A model generated the notes under the pieces. That model saw only the letters and a program-made list of their open reading frames with translations, was not told the DNA's origin and ran no database searches. From the NCBI GenBank assembly GCA_041665005.1, contig JBAYJR010000001.1:4727-68726 (forward strand): DNA of 64,000 bases, written 5' to 3'. This DNA comes from Candidatus Buchananbacteria bacterium (GTDB taxonomy: Bacteria; Patescibacteriota; Patescibacteriia; 2-01-FULL-39-33; JBAYJR01). Positions 28,226-38,475 of the stretch are shown here, piece after piece. Position 1 is the stretch's first letter, and every line of letters starts with the position of its first letter. Both the position numbers and the translations under genes were made by a program.

Positions 28226-29488
28226 ATGAAAAGATATTTTCTTTATATTTATGGTTGTCAGCTGAATTTAGCAGATGCTGAACGTTTAGCCCAAGTCTTA
28301 GAAGATTTGGGTTATGTTCGGGCGGCCAAAGTAGCTGAGGCAAATTTAGTAGTAATAGTGGCTTGTTCGGTTAGACAAAAGGCGGTGGATAAATTGTTTG
28401 GCTTAGCCAAAAATTTAAAAAAATTAAAATTAAAACCCCAAACCATTTTAACCGGTTGCGTAGCGCCTACTGATAAGTTAAAGTTTAAAAATAAATTTGA
28501 CTTAGTAATAGAGATTAAAGAATTAATAAATTTGCCACGATATTTAAAGAATAAATCAAAATCCAAGCGGCAACAGAATTATTTATCTTTGTTGCCCTTA
28601 TATCATTCAACTTTTCAAGCCTATATTCCAGTAATGACTGGTTGTAATAATTTTTGTGCTTATTGTATTGTGCCTTATGTTCGTGGTCGTGAATATAGCC
28701 GTCCGGCCGGAGAGGTTATTAAGGAAGTTGCTAAATTAATTAAGGCTGGCTATAAGGAGATCACACTAGTTGGACAAAATGTTAACTCTTACGCTTATCA
28801 AAAATATGATTTTCCTAAGTTGTTAAAAACCATTGATCAGTTGCCGGGTCAGTATTGGCTTCGTTTTTTAACCAGCCATCCTAAAGATTTATCTAAGGAG
28901 CTAATCGCGGTAATGAAGGCAGGTAGGCACTTGACGCCTTATTTGCATTTACCTTTGCAGGCTGGTGATGATCAAATTTTACGTAAGATGAATCGGGGCT
29001 ATACGGTCAAGCAGTATCTGGCGTTGATTAAACAAGTGCGTCAGGCGGTGCCGGGTTTGGCTATCACTACGGATATTATTGTCGGCTTTCCGACTGAAAC
29101 TAAAAAACAATTTGCGCAAACTAAAAAAGTTTTTAAGCAAATTGGTTATGATATGGCTTATCTATCGCAATATTCGCCCCGGCCAAGTACAGCCGCCGCG
29201 CGATTGGTTGATGATGTCGTACCTACCGAAAAGAAAAGACGGTGGCAAGAGTTAAATCAATTATTAAAGCAATCAAGCCTAAAAGCTAATCGTCGTTGGC
29301 TGGGCAAGGAGACAATGGTTTTAGTAGATCAGGTAAAAGCCGATAATAAGTTAGTAATTAATTTTGCTAAAACAATCGATTTAAAAAATGTTAAATTTAC
29401 AGCGGCTAAAAGCCATTTAGGGCAATTTGTTAAAGTTAAAATAGTAAAGATTAATGATTTTAATTTATTAGCCGAAGTAATTAGATAG
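28226..29488 (+). CDS. miaB: Radical-SAM methylthiotransferase, MiaB-like
   Basis: MTTase N domain, CNNFCAYC radical SAM motif, C-terminal TRAM; the adjacent miaA supports a MiaB assignment, but RimO or MtaB cannot be excluded. Confidence 0.75.
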   Translation: MKRYFLYIYGCQLNLADAERLAQVLEDLGYVRAAKVAEANLVVIVACSVRQKAVDKLFGLAKNLKKLKLKPQTILTGCVAPTDKLKFKNKFDLVIEIKELINLPRYLKNKSKSKRQQNYLSLLPLYHSTFQAYIPVMTGCNNFCAYCIVPYVRGREYSRPAGEVIKEVAKLIKAGYKEITLVGQNVNSYAYQKYDFPKLLKTIDQLPGQYWLRFLTSHPKDLSKELIAVMKAGRHLTPYLHLPLQAGDDQILRKMNRGYTVKQYLALIKQVRQAVPGLAITTDIIVGFPTETKKQFAQTKKVFKQIGYDMAYLSQYSPRPSTAAARLVDDVVPTEKKRRWQELNQLLKQSSLKANRRWLGKETMVLVDQVKADNKLVINFAKTIDLKNVKFTAAKSHLGQFVKVKIVKINDFNLLAEVIR

Positions 29489-29490
29489 TT

Positions 29491-30372
29491 ATGTCATTGC
29501 CAAAAGTTTTAGTAGTTTTAGGGCCAACCGCTTCGGGTAAAACCGAATTAGCTTTAAAACTGGCCAAAAAGTTTAATGGTGAATTACTAAATGCGGATTC
29601 ACGGCAGATTTATCGTGGCTTAAATATTGCTACCGCTAAAGTTAAAACTAAAGCGGTAAAAACCCATTTATTGAATCTGGTTAAGCCTAATCAGAATTTT
29701 TCGGTAGTAAAATATCAGCTAGCAGCCGATAAAAAAATCAAGCAGATCATTAAGCGAGGAAAGTTGCCAATTTTAGTTGGCGGAACTGGTTTGTATCTGG
29801 CGGCGGTAGTAGATAATTGGCAAATTCCAAAATTAAAAGTGGATTTAAATTTAAGAAAAAAAATAGCCAAGCTGACCGCTAGACAACTTTATCAAAAATT
29901 AAAAAGTCTAGACCCTATCTCGGCAAAAAATATTGGGCAACATAATCAGCGGCGACTAATTAGAGCGGTAGAGGTTTGTTTATTATCGGGTAGGCCCTTT
30001 AGTCAGTTACAGCAAAAAGGTCAACCAAAGTATCAGGTGTTGCAGTTAGGGTTAAAAATTTCGCGCCAGGAACTTTATCGTCGGATTAACGCCCGAGTAT
30101 TAAGAATGTTTAAACAGGGTTTGGTTGCTGAAACTAAAAAATTATTGAAAAAATATTCTGCGGCCTTACCGGCAATGTCTAGTATTGGTTATCGAGAAGT
30201 GGTTAAATTTTTACAAGGGGAAATAAAGCTAGTTGATTGTCAGGAATTGATTAAAATTAATACCCGCCATTATGCCAAGCGACAAATTACTTGGTTTAAG
30301 CGTGACCAGAGAATCAAGTGGGTTAAAAATTTTAAGGCGGCGCAAAAGCTAGTTAAAAAGTTTGTTGAATAA
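29491..30372 (+). CDS. miaA: tRNA dimethylallyltransferase
   Basis: P-loop GPTASGKT and DSRQIYRGLNIATAK motif. Confidence 0.9.
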   Translation: MSLPKVLVVLGPTASGKTELALKLAKKFNGELLNADSRQIYRGLNIATAKVKTKAVKTHLLNLVKPNQNFSVVKYQLAADKKIKQIIKRGKLPILVGGTGLYLAAVVDNWQIPKLKVDLNLRKKIAKLTARQLYQKLKSLDPISAKNIGQHNQRRLIRAVEVCLLSGRPFSQLQQKGQPKYQVLQLGLKISRQELYRRINARVLRMFKQGLVAETKKLLKKYSAALPAMSSIGYREVVKFLQGEIKLVDCQELIKINTRHYAKRQITWFKRDQRIKWVKNFKAAQKLVKKFVE

Positions 30373-30402
30373 AAAAATCGCCAAGCAGTTGGCGATTTTT
30401 TA
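30371..30402. terminator. Bidirectional intrinsic terminator
   Basis: aaaaaaatcgccaa-gcag-ttggcgatttttt. Confidence 0.7.
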
Positions 30403-30404
30403 GT

Positions 30405-30938
30405 CTAATGTTTTGGCGGCCAGGTAGTGGTCGGCATTAGTGGCGGCAAACCTCTAGTTTTTAAATTAGAGTTTTTGGCCGGTTGATCTAATCTAAAGTT
30501 TTCTTTAGCTAATTCATCGGCTCGGTCTTCTAGGTGTCTTTTGGTTAGTAAAGATTTTTTAACACCTTCTTTTCGCAGATAGTTGTCGACGGTAGTAGAA
30601 GAATCTTGGTGAGAACTGATTAGATTTTTTGTTTGTAAAATTTTTAAGATTTTTTTAGCTTGTTGACTGTTAATTTGTTTTTGACCGCTTAAAACAGCCC
30701 CTGCCTCAGAAATTTTAGCCTTAGCTAATTCAGTTGCGGCTTTATTTAGTAAGTTAGCGTTTAAAGCTGATTGTCCAGTTGGTCGATTTTTTTTAATTAG
30801 TTCGTTTAGGGTTATTTTTTTGGGCTGATTTTTTATAATATCGGCATTGGTAATGCGGTGGCGAAATCTTAAATAACCTTCAGTAATGGTTTTGTTGGTA
30901 GTATTTTTACGCGCCAAAGAGCCAAAAGTTATTGGCAT
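30405..30938 (-). CDS. Hypothetical low-complexity protein downstream of gatB
   Basis: ORF starts 8 nt after the gatB stop; K/N/T-rich. Confidence 0.45.
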   Translation of the reverse strand: MPITFGSLARKNTTNKTITEGYLRFRHRITNADIIKNQPKKITLNELIKKNRPTGQSALNANLLNKAATELAKAKISEAGAVLSGQKQINSQQAKKILKILQTKNLISSHQDSSTTVDNYLRKEGVKKSLLTKRHLEDRADELAKENFRLDQPAKNSNLKTRGLPPLMPTTTWPPKH

Positions 30939-30945
30939 AAAGCGT

Positions 30946-32493
30946 TTATTTAGTTAGTTGTTGCAAAAAAAGTTCTTCTAAGACTTGAGGATTAGCCTTG
31001 CCTTTGGTTTCTTTCATGGCGCAACCAAGTAAAAATTTAATGGCTACTAGTTTGCCATTTTTGTAATCATTAGTTGGCCCAGGATTAGCGGCGATTATTT
31101 TGTTTACGATTTCGGTTAATTCAGTGCTGTCTGAAACTTGGTTTAAATCTTGATCGGCTAAAATATGTTCGGGGTCAGCGCCGGTAGTAAACATTTTTTC
31201 TAAGATAGTTTGGGCCGCCGCGGAATTTATTTTATTTTGATAAATTAAAGTAATAAATTCTGCAAAATTTTCGGGAGTAATTTTGTTGGCCTGAACTTTA
31301 AGTTGTTTTTCGTTTAATAATTTAAAGAGTTTGTTAATTAACCAGTTACTTACTAATTTAGCCAATTTAGCCTTATTGGTTTCCCAAATTTCTTGTTGAC
31401 TACCACTAACAGTTTCTAAACTAGTTAACCAAGCTTGGAGTTCCGAAATAGTTTTTTCGGTGTAGGCTGAAAGGTGTTTATCATCCGTTAAAATGGCGGC
31501 TTCACTAGCATTAAAGCCATATTCTGCTTGAAAACGATAAAATTTATTTTCTGGCAATTCCGGTAAGGTGCTTTTTAGAGTAGAAATTTGTTGCTCGGTA
31601 ATTTTTAAAGGAGGTAAATCGGGTTCAGGAAAATAACGGTAATCGTGAGCCGCTTCTTTGGAACGTTGAGAAAAAGTAATTTGTTTAACATCATCCCAGC
31701 CACGAGTTTCTTGTTTTAACGGTTCGCCTTCATTGAGGGCCTTGGCTTGGCGGATTAATTCATATTCAATGGCTCTCTCTAGAGCTTTGAAAGAATTAAT
31801 ATTTTTTACTTCGGTTTTAGGATTTAATTCGTAGCCGGGTTGGGTAATAATTTTACCGTCTTTTACCTCAAATTGGCCAGCTTCTTGTAGGGAAATGTTG
31901 GCCTCGCAACGCATTTGACCTTGTTCCATATTGGCATCAGAAATCTCCAAGTATCTCAAAATCTTTTGAAATTCCTGGCAAAATTCTTTGGCATCAACGG
32001 CCGAAGTAATGACTGGCTCGGTAACTAATTCCATTAAAGGAGTGCTAGAGCGACTATAATCAGCTAGGCTATAATTAGTGTTTTGGGGATGTTTGAGGGT
32101 GCCAGTGTCTTCTTCTAGGTGTAAATGGTCAATGGTAATTGGCAGGCCATTTTTTAGTTTAATATAACCACCAAAGCCAATGGGGTCGGGCTGGGAGGTG
32201 ATTTGGTAGCCTTTGGGTAAATCGGGGTAAAAATAATTTTTGCGGCTAAATTTTGGTTCAGGATTGATGGTCTGATGCAAAGCTAGGGCAGTCAAAATAG
32301 TCCAGTCAACGGCCTGTTGGTTGATTACTGGTAGGGTTCCGGGATGCCCTAGGCAAATTTCACAAATTACCTTGTTGGGGGAATCTTGCAGTTCGTAGCC
32401 GTTAGCACAGCGACAAAACATTTTGCTGGCAGTTTTGAGCTCAGCATGGATTTCTAAGCCAATAATTGGCAGGTATTTCTTTTCTTTAGACAT
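30946..32493 (-). CDS. gatB: Asp-tRNA(Asn)/Glu-tRNA(Gln) amidotransferase subunit B
   Basis: LEIHAELKTASKMFCRC N-terminal signature and C-terminal GatB/YqeY domain. Confidence 0.95.
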   Translation of the reverse strand: MSKEKKYLPIIGLEIHAELKTASKMFCRCANGYELQDSPNKVICEICLGHPGTLPVINQQAVDWTILTALALHQTINPEPKFSRKNYFYPDLPKGYQITSQPDPIGFGGYIKLKNGLPITIDHLHLEEDTGTLKHPQNTNYSLADYSRSSTPLMELVTEPVITSAVDAKEFCQEFQKILRYLEISDANMEQGQMRCEANISLQEAGQFEVKDGKIITQPGYELNPKTEVKNINSFKALERAIEYELIRQAKALNEGEPLKQETRGWDDVKQITFSQRSKEAAHDYRYFPEPDLPPLKITEQQISTLKSTLPELPENKFYRFQAEYGFNASEAAILTDDKHLSAYTEKTISELQAWLTSLETVSGSQQEIWETNKAKLAKLVSNWLINKLFKLLNEKQLKVQANKITPENFAEFITLIYQNKINSAAAQTILEKMFTTGADPEHILADQDLNQVSDSTELTEIVNKIIAANPGPTNDYKNGKLVAIKFLLGCAMKETKGKANPQVLEELFLQQLTK

Positions 32494-32541
32494 AGTAAAA
32501 TATTGATTATTAACTTTTACATCTTAGCATATTTGATTAAT

Positions 32542-32575
32542 AAAAAAAAGGGGACTACTTGGTAGTCCCCGGGGG
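32542..32575 (-). terminator. Intrinsic terminator after tdk
   Basis: On the minus strand, ggggactac-caa-gtagtcccc followed by TTTTTTTT. Confidence 0.7.
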
Positions 32576-33259
32576 TTATTTTTTGATTCTTTTTTTTGGG
32601 GATTTCGGTACTTTTTGGTGAAGAGTACCATACTCCGGGATTGGTTTCTTTTGATTGTCTTCGGCTAGACAGTGGCATCTTACGCATCTGGCCTCATAGG
32701 TGTAGCCGTCCTTTTCCTTTTTGCCACCTACGATTATTGTTGGCTCTTTACGACTCGAGGGTTTGCCCCGGTTTAGTCGTTGCGTAAGCATATGACCTTC
32801 AATTTCGCATTTTTCACATTTGCCGGGAAGTTTTACCACTTCTTGGGCTGCTCCCAGCAAATTACCCATGGGTCCGAAGGCCTCCCGTTTAAAATTAGTA
32901 TCCAGTCCAGCGATAATGACCCGGATACCAGTTTTGGCTAAAGCCAGAACCACGTCCACTAGTTTGTTGGAAAAGAACTGTGCTTCATCTATTCCTACAA
33001 CTTTCGTTCCAAACTTAATCTTTTTTAAGATTCTTTGGGGACATTTAGCAGGAACTATTTCGGCCGGAAAACAAGATCCGTCCAAAGAAGCGATCTTGCC
33101 TCCTTTAATCCTGGTGTCTCGGTTTGGCTTGAAACATTGAACTTTTAAGCCGTTAGCTTTTTCCGCATCTAGTAAATCCCTGATTAAGTAACTGGTTTTA
33201 CCGGAAAACATGGATCCGGTATAAACCAATAATCCACCACGATTAGGATCTTTGTACAT
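32576..33259 (-). CDS. tdk: Thymidine kinase
   Basis: P-loop GSMFSGKT and Zn ribbon C..C ... CVRC. Confidence 0.9.
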   Translation of the reverse strand: MYKDPNRGGLLVYTGSMFSGKTSYLIRDLLDAEKANGLKVQCFKPNRDTRIKGGKIASLDGSCFPAEIVPAKCPQRILKKIKFGTKVVGIDEAQFFSNKLVDVVLALAKTGIRVIIAGLDTNFKREAFGPMGNLLGAAQEVVKLPGKCEKCEIEGHMLTQRLNRGKPSSRKEPTIIVGGKKEKDGYTYEARCVRCHCLAEDNQKKPIPEYGTLHQKVPKSPKKRIKK

Positions 33260-33370
33260 TTTTTCACCTCCTGTTGAAATAAAAAGCTTTAATATCTTAA
33301 CACAATCTAAAAATAAAGCAAATTAGAAGCAAATTGTAAAAGGTTAGTTAACAAAGTTAGTTTTTTTAAA

Positions 33371-34375
33371 TTAAATTAGGCTAGCACTCTCGCCATCAGG
33401 GGTTTCTATAAAGTCATCAAAAACCCCGGGAAATATTTTTTTAAATTCGCGTAAAACATCTAGCATTAAATAACGAATTTCCCATTGGGCATGCGAGTCG
33501 CAACGCATTTTAAAAATATGGCGCCACTCTTGCAGATTGGTAGAAATAACAATTTCCGAGCAACAAGCGTTAGGTAAAATAAATCGTGCATCCTCGTTAA
33601 TTTTAGAATTAGTTTGACCAGCCAGTTGGGCTTGTTTCAGGTCGGCCTGTAATTCTTGATAGGCCTGGTCAATATTTTTTATTTGCTCTTGGTATTTGGC
33701 GGTTAGGCCAGCCGCTTTAATCGCCGGCGGGGTAACAAAATAATTGTTTTTATAAATTCCTTGTTCGTCGCAGTATCTTTGAGACTCTTGAGAAATAGCC
33801 ATTAAGCGATGCCGCACTAATTGATGAGTTAGGGCTCGTGAACAGTCTTTAAATCTAACCATGGCCCACCAGTGCTTTTTTTGTTGTTCAAGGTTATAGG
33901 TCAGCTTAGGGTTTAATTCTAAAGCAAAATCTAGAGTCGGTTTAGCTAAAATTAAATCTTTAAAAAGTAAAGGGGCTAGGCCTGCTAGTTTTTCCCATAA
34001 AGCTCTAACTAATTCATCGGTCGGGGCGTTTCTAAATAAATCTCTAAACATCCGAGCGTTACCAGAAAGTAGCCATTGATCGGTGGTTAATTGTTCTAAG
34101 CCCAAAGCCAATAGAGGATTAGCGAGAATTAAATTTAGAATTGGTTCAGCTTTAAGATTTTTTAATAAAAAAACAAAATAGCTATGTTCAATTACCGATT
34201 CGTGGCCCCGTTTTAAAATGCCGTTAATAAACCCGCCCGCGGAATCCGTGGTAATTTTTTCGTAGGATTTGTAACAAGTCCGGCCAGCTAATTCTATTTT
34301 TTGAGCGATTTCCGGCGGAGTTTCGCCTTTGAGAGTTAATAAAATTTCAAATTGGCCAGTGGCTTTACTGGGCAT
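33371..34375 (-). CDS. thyX: Flavin-dependent thymidylate synthase ThyX, with an N-terminal extension
   Basis: ThyX motif RHRLMAISQESQRY (RHRxxxxxxSxRY). Confidence 0.7.
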   Translation of the reverse strand: MPSKATGQFEILLTLKGETPPEIAQKIELAGRTCYKSYEKITTDSAGGFINGILKRGHESVIEHSYFVFLLKNLKAEPILNLILANPLLALGLEQLTTDQWLLSGNARMFRDLFRNAPTDELVRALWEKLAGLAPLLFKDLILAKPTLDFALELNPKLTYNLEQQKKHWWAMVRFKDCSRALTHQLVRHRLMAISQESQRYCDEQGIYKNNYFVTPPAIKAAGLTAKYQEQIKNIDQAYQELQADLKQAQLAGQTNSKINEDARFILPNACCSEIVISTNLQEWRHIFKMRCDSHAQWEIRYLMLDVLREFKKIFPGVFDDFIETPDGESASLI

Positions 34376-34377
34376 AA

Positions 34378-35013
34378 TTATTTTTTTGGTTTGTAGTATT
34401 TTAAAATTTTATCAGTTACAACTGTTTCCACTTTTTTGGCTACCTCGGCAATGTTTTGTTGACCGTCAATTACGACCGAATAATCAAAGAATTTTTCGTT
34501 GAGCCATTGGTAGGCGCGCCAGACGCGAGAAAGTTTGTCGCGAGTTTCAAAGAGTTCAATAGAAAAGCGACTATCTTCCATTCGTTTAATGCAGTTTTCT
34601 GGTGACACTTTTAAAATAATGGTTAAATCTGGCATAATAAAACGTTCATTTAGGCTGAGCAACCAATCTTTTTCGGGGATCTCTAAAGAACCAAAAGCGA
34701 CGGTAGAAAATAAATAACGGTCGCAAATTACCCACACGCCACTTTGTAGTAGGGGAATAATTTCTTTTTCTAAATGATGAGCGCGGTCGGCGGCAAAGAG
34801 TAATTGTAAACATTCTTGAGAGCTTTTCCAGTCGTGGGTTAGTTGACCACGAATTAAACCACCAACAATGTTGTTGGTTGGTTCTTTGGCTAAAGCGGCT
34901 TTGATTTTTTGGCTTTTTAGCCAGGCCACTAGTTTTTCGGCTTGGGTAGAGGAGCCCGAACCGTCTAAGCCTTCAAAAACTATAAATTTTCCCGGATACT
35001 TGTTTTGACGCAT
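34378..35013 (-). CDS. tmk: Thymidylate kinase
   Basis: FIVFEGLDGSGSSTQ P-loop and DRY-like region. Confidence 0.85.
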   Translation of the reverse strand: MRQNKYPGKFIVFEGLDGSGSSTQAEKLVAWLKSQKIKAALAKEPTNNIVGGLIRGQLTHDWKSSQECLQLLFAADRAHHLEKEIIPLLQSGVWVICDRYLFSTVAFGSLEIPEKDWLLSLNERFIMPDLTIILKVSPENCIKRMEDSRFSIELFETRDKLSRVWRAYQWLNEKFFDYSVVIDGQQNIAEVAKKVETVVTDKILKYYKPKK

Positions 35014-35017
35014 AAAG

Positions 35018-35581
35018 TTAAAGATTAATTTTTTGATAAAGTTGATTAATTTTTTGTTGTAATTCTGCCAAACTGCCGTCGTTAGTTATGGTGAAGTCAG
35101 CTAAAGCCATGACGGAGTTTAATTGCTGTTGATTGGCTGAGCCGGTTCTTTCTTGGGCTTCTTGTTGGGCAAATTTAATAAAATCCACACTGTCTTCTAG
35201 GCGACCACGTTGTTTAATGCGTTGAAAGCGAGTTTGTTGATCAGCGTCAACGTTGATTAAAAAAAAGTTTTTAGATTTTTTTAAAGCGACAATTTCATCA
35301 GGATGACGCAGGCTAACAACTAACGCCCGGTTAATATTTTTTTCGTTAATTTGTTGCAAGATTTTTTCGGCTAAAATGCCGTGGCCAAAGTTTTTTCTTA
35401 GATCATTACCAATCATTATTAGGTTATCACGATTAGTTTCAAGTTGGCGAAAGCCGCATTCTTGGCGAATAATATCGGAGCAGGAAAAATAGGCAAAGCC
35501 TTGGTCTTTAAACCAATCCGCAACGGTGTCTTTGCCGCTACCCTGGGTGCCAGTTAGGCCGATGATTAATTGTTTAGGCAT
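35018..35581 (-). CDS. P-loop nucleotide kinase (dephospho-CoA kinase-like or dNMP kinase-like)
   Basis: GLTGTQGSGKDT resembles the CoaE P-loop GLTGGIGSGKST; the gene context is dTTP metabolism. Confidence 0.5.
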   Translation of the reverse strand: MPKQLIIGLTGTQGSGKDTVADWFKDQGFAYFSCSDIIRQECGFRQLETNRDNLIMIGNDLRKNFGHGILAEKILQQINEKNINRALVVSLRHPDEIVALKKSKNFFLINVDADQQTRFQRIKQRGRLEDSVDFIKFAQQEAQERTGSANQQQLNSVMALADFTITNDGSLAELQQKINQLYQKINL

Positions 35582-35582
35582 A

Positions 35583-36077
35583 TTACATGTCTGAATAAGT
35601 AGTTATTTGACTAGAAAGTAATTGAAACTCTACCCCGGCTTGTAAAAATATTTCTTTGCTGCGATTGCCAGTGTGATAATCTTGGGCACAAATTACTCTT
35701 TTAATACCGGAATTAATAATCATCTTGGCGCAGGTATAACAAGGGGTCATTTTACAATACATGGTAGCACCGTTGATGCTAACGCCAAATCTAGCCGCTT
35801 GGCAGATGGCATTTTGTTCGGCGTGGGTGGTTCTAATACAATGTTTTGATTGGGAACCGTCAATTTGGGTGACGGTATGCATTTCATGTCCTGCTTCATC
35901 ACAATGAGCCAAACCGGCCGGAGCGCCTACGTAACCGGTGCAAACAATCCTTTTATCTTTAACAATAGCAGCGCCGGCTCGGCCCCGATCGCAGGTGCCG
36001 CGACTGCCAACCAATTCGGCGATTTTCATAAAATATTCGTCCCAAGAGGGGCGATGGTGATTGAGGGAATTTTCCAT
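35583..36077 (-). CDS. dCMP deaminase (ComEB-type)
   Basis: HAEQNA ... PCYTCAKMI zinc-binding CDA fold; start taken at MENSLNHHRPSWDEYF; the track's TTG extension is unlikely. Confidence 0.85.
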   Translation of the reverse strand: MENSLNHHRPSWDEYFMKIAELVGSRGTCDRGRAGAAIVKDKRIVCTGYVGAPAGLAHCDEAGHEMHTVTQIDGSQSKHCIRTTHAEQNAICQAARFGVSINGATMYCKMTPCYTCAKMIINSGIKRVICAQDYHTGNRSKEIFLQAGVEFQLLSSQITTYSDM

Positions 36078-36243
36078 AAATTGAAAAGTTAAATAGTTTT
36101 CTGGCCTTATTTTAGCAAACAAAAAACTAAGGGGCAAATTTTTAGGAAATTATTTTAAATTAACTAATAAAATCAGGCTTTTTTGGTGATAATCAAAAAT
36201 TAAACCCCCAAGTTTTAGTTGGGGGTTTAATAGTCATCTTGAA

Positions 36244-36927
36244 TTATATTTGTACTCTAATTCCGGGGCCCATGGTAGAGCAGATAGAAATGTTTTTTAA
36301 GTAAACACCTTTGCTGGCGGCGGGTTTAACTTTTTTAACGGCCTCCACAAAAGTATTAAAATTGGCTAATAGATTTTCTGGAGCAAAAGAGGTCTTGCCA
36401 ATAATCTGGTGCACATTGCCGGTATCGTCATTTTTAAAGTCCGCGCGACCCTTGCTTAATTCTTCAACTACTTGTTTGATATTTTGGGTGACGGTTTCGT
36501 TCTTAGGATTAGGCATCAAACCGCGAGGTCCTAAAATTTTAGCCACCGTCGCTAAATCTTTCATCATTTCGGGAGTGGCTACCAAAACCTCAAAACTTAT
36601 TTTACCTTCTTTGATCTGTTGGATAATTTCAGCGCCGCCAACAATTTTGGCACCAGCTGCTTTGGCTTCGTTCAATTTATCCAGGTTACTAGAAACTACC
36701 GCGATTACTCGGCTTCGGCCTAAACCAAACGGTAAGGCGACTGTACCGCGCACTTGTTGATCGGATTTGGCGGCGTTAATTCCTAATTTAATATGCACCT
36801 CAACCGAAGCGTCAAACTTAATCGTAGAAGCCTGCTTAACTAAAGCCAAGGCCTCAGCCAGGGGATACAACTTTTTTGGCTCAATTAATTTGGCCACTTT
36901 TTGATAACGTTTACCATGTTTACTCAT
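36244..36927 (-). CDS. rplA: 50S ribosomal protein L1
   Basis: Recognised by sequence; hairpin terminator downstream at 36203-36230. Confidence 0.95.
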   Translation of the reverse strand: MSKHGKRYQKVAKLIEPKKLYPLAEALALVKQASTIKFDASVEVHIKLGINAAKSDQQVRGTVALPFGLGRSRVIAVVSSNLDKLNEAKAAGAKIVGGAEIIQQIKEGKISFEVLVATPEMMKDLATVAKILGPRGLMPNPKNETVTQNIKQVVEELSKGRADFKNDDTGNVHQIIGKTSFAPENLLANFNTFVEAVKKVKPAASKGVYLKNISICSTMGPGIRVQI

Positions 36928-37010
36928 ATTTTTTTGCCTTTCGTGGTCATAACGCTTGATTGACTAAATCAAACTGCCACAAAAATTAATAAATTTATTG
37001 TTTAATTATT

Positions 37011-37433
37011 TTAGACGACGGTTAAACCCATTTGTCTGGCTGTGCCTTCCACTAAACGACAGGCGGCGTCCAGGTCTTGGGTGTTTAAATCAGGCATTTT
37101 TTTCTGGGCGATTTCTCTAACCTGCGCTTTAGTTACTTTACCCACTTTTTCTTGTAAAGGTTTACCTGAGCCCTTGCTAATTCCGGCGGCTTTTTTTAAC
37201 ATTTCGGCCACGGGAGTAGTTTTTAGTTTAAAGGTGTAAGTACGATCTTCAAAAACGGTAATTTCTACCGGTGTGACTTCGTCCATACGTTCGCGGGTAG
37301 CGGCGTTAAATTTTTGACAGAATTCAGAAATATTTAAACCATGTTGACCTAAAGCAGGGCCAACCGGAGGAGCTGGAGTGGCTTTGCCACCAGCAATTTG
37401 TAACTTGATTATTGTTTTGACTTTTTTAGCCAT
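37011..37433 (-). CDS. rplK: 50S ribosomal protein L11
   Basis: Recognised by sequence. Confidence 0.95.
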   Translation of the reverse strand: MAKKVKTIIKLQIAGGKATPAPPVGPALGQHGLNISEFCQKFNAATRERMDEVTPVEITVFEDRTYTFKLKTTPVAEMLKKAAGISKGSGKPLQEKVGKVTKAQVREIAQKKMPDLNTQDLDAACRLVEGTARQMGLTVV

Positions 37434-37519
37434 ATAAATTTAAATTAGTTAGATAGTTAGCTAAGAAGTTTAGAAGCAGTAAATAAATTATTTACAAACT
37501 AATTAGCAAAATTGATTAG

Positions 37520-38065
37520 TTAAACTTTTTTGATTTGTAAGAAATCTAATTCTACCGGCGTTTCGCGACCGAATAAAGAAATTAAAACTTTAATCTTACC
37601 GCGGGTTTCGTCAAGCTCAGAAATTTTTCCTTCCATATTTTTGAAGGGCCCATCTACGATTCTAACTGGAGTGTTAATGGCCACATCAATTTGATATTTA
37701 GGTTCCTCCACACCCATGCGTCGTTGTAATTCTTTAACTTCGGCGTCAGAAATTGGGGTGGGGGTAGTGCCGGAACCGACAAAACCGGTAACATTTGGCG
37801 TATTGCGCACAACATACCAAGAATCATCAGTTACAATCATTTCTACCAAAACATAACCGGGAAATATTTTTTCTTCGGTAATTTTGCGTTTACCATTTTT
37901 GATACGAATCTTTTTTTCGGTCGGTACTAAAATATTAAAAATTTTATCTTCGACGTCCATTGATTCAATGCGTTGGTGCAAATTGCGTTCAACACTTTCC
38001 TCATAACCAGAATAGGTGTGCAAAACATACCAGCGACGACCTTGTTGTAAAACTTGTTTAGGCAT
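37520..38065 (-). CDS. nusG: Transcription termination/antitermination factor NusG
   Basis: NGN domain plus C-terminal KOW. Confidence 0.9.
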   Translation of the reverse strand: MPKQVLQQGRRWYVLHTYSGYEESVERNLHQRIESMDVEDKIFNILVPTEKKIRIKNGKRKITEEKIFPGYVLVEMIVTDDSWYVVRNTPNVTGFVGSGTTPTPISDAEVKELQRRMGVEEPKYQIDVAINTPVRIVDGPFKNMEGKISELDETRGKIKVLISLFGRETPVELDFLQIKKV

Positions 38066-38091
38066 ATTAGTTTAGTAAATTATTTTTTGTT

Positions 38092-38286
38092 TTATTTAAT
38101 AAAAAACTTTTCCATGCCAAAAATTAGAATATAATCAATTACGCCTAAAAATATGGCTACACCCAAAGAAATACCGATTACTAATAAGGAGTAGTTAATA
38201 GTTTGTTGGCGAGTAGGCCAAGTTACTTTTTTCATTTCTTGGTAGGATTCTTTGAGATAGTTTGAAATTTTGTTAAGCATGCTCAT
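38092..38286 (-). CDS. secE: Preprotein translocase subunit SecE
   Basis: 64 aa, single C-terminal TM helix, conserved position upstream of nusG. Confidence 0.85.
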   Translation of the reverse strand: MSMLNKISNYLKESYQEMKKVTWPTRQQTINYSLLVIGISLGVAIFLGVIDYILIFGMEKFFIK

Positions 38287-38475
38287 AGTTTTGTGGTTTT
38301 AAAAATCCCCTGGACGGGGAATTAAGTATTTACAATTACTGCTATAGTATAAACAATTATTTTAAAAATGTCAAATTAGGGGATGCATAATTTCTTAAAA
38401 TTTGCTATAATAGGTTATAGTTTAGTGTTTAAATTTGTTTTTTGGCTTGATTAAGCCAAGAAAGGGGGTGAGAAT

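Noticed and set aside
35018-35581. Confident call as dephospho-CoA kinase coaE
   Set aside because: The P-loop resembles CoaE, but the remainder could not be aligned confidently by eye, and the context is deoxynucleotide metabolism. Left as a generic nucleotide kinase.
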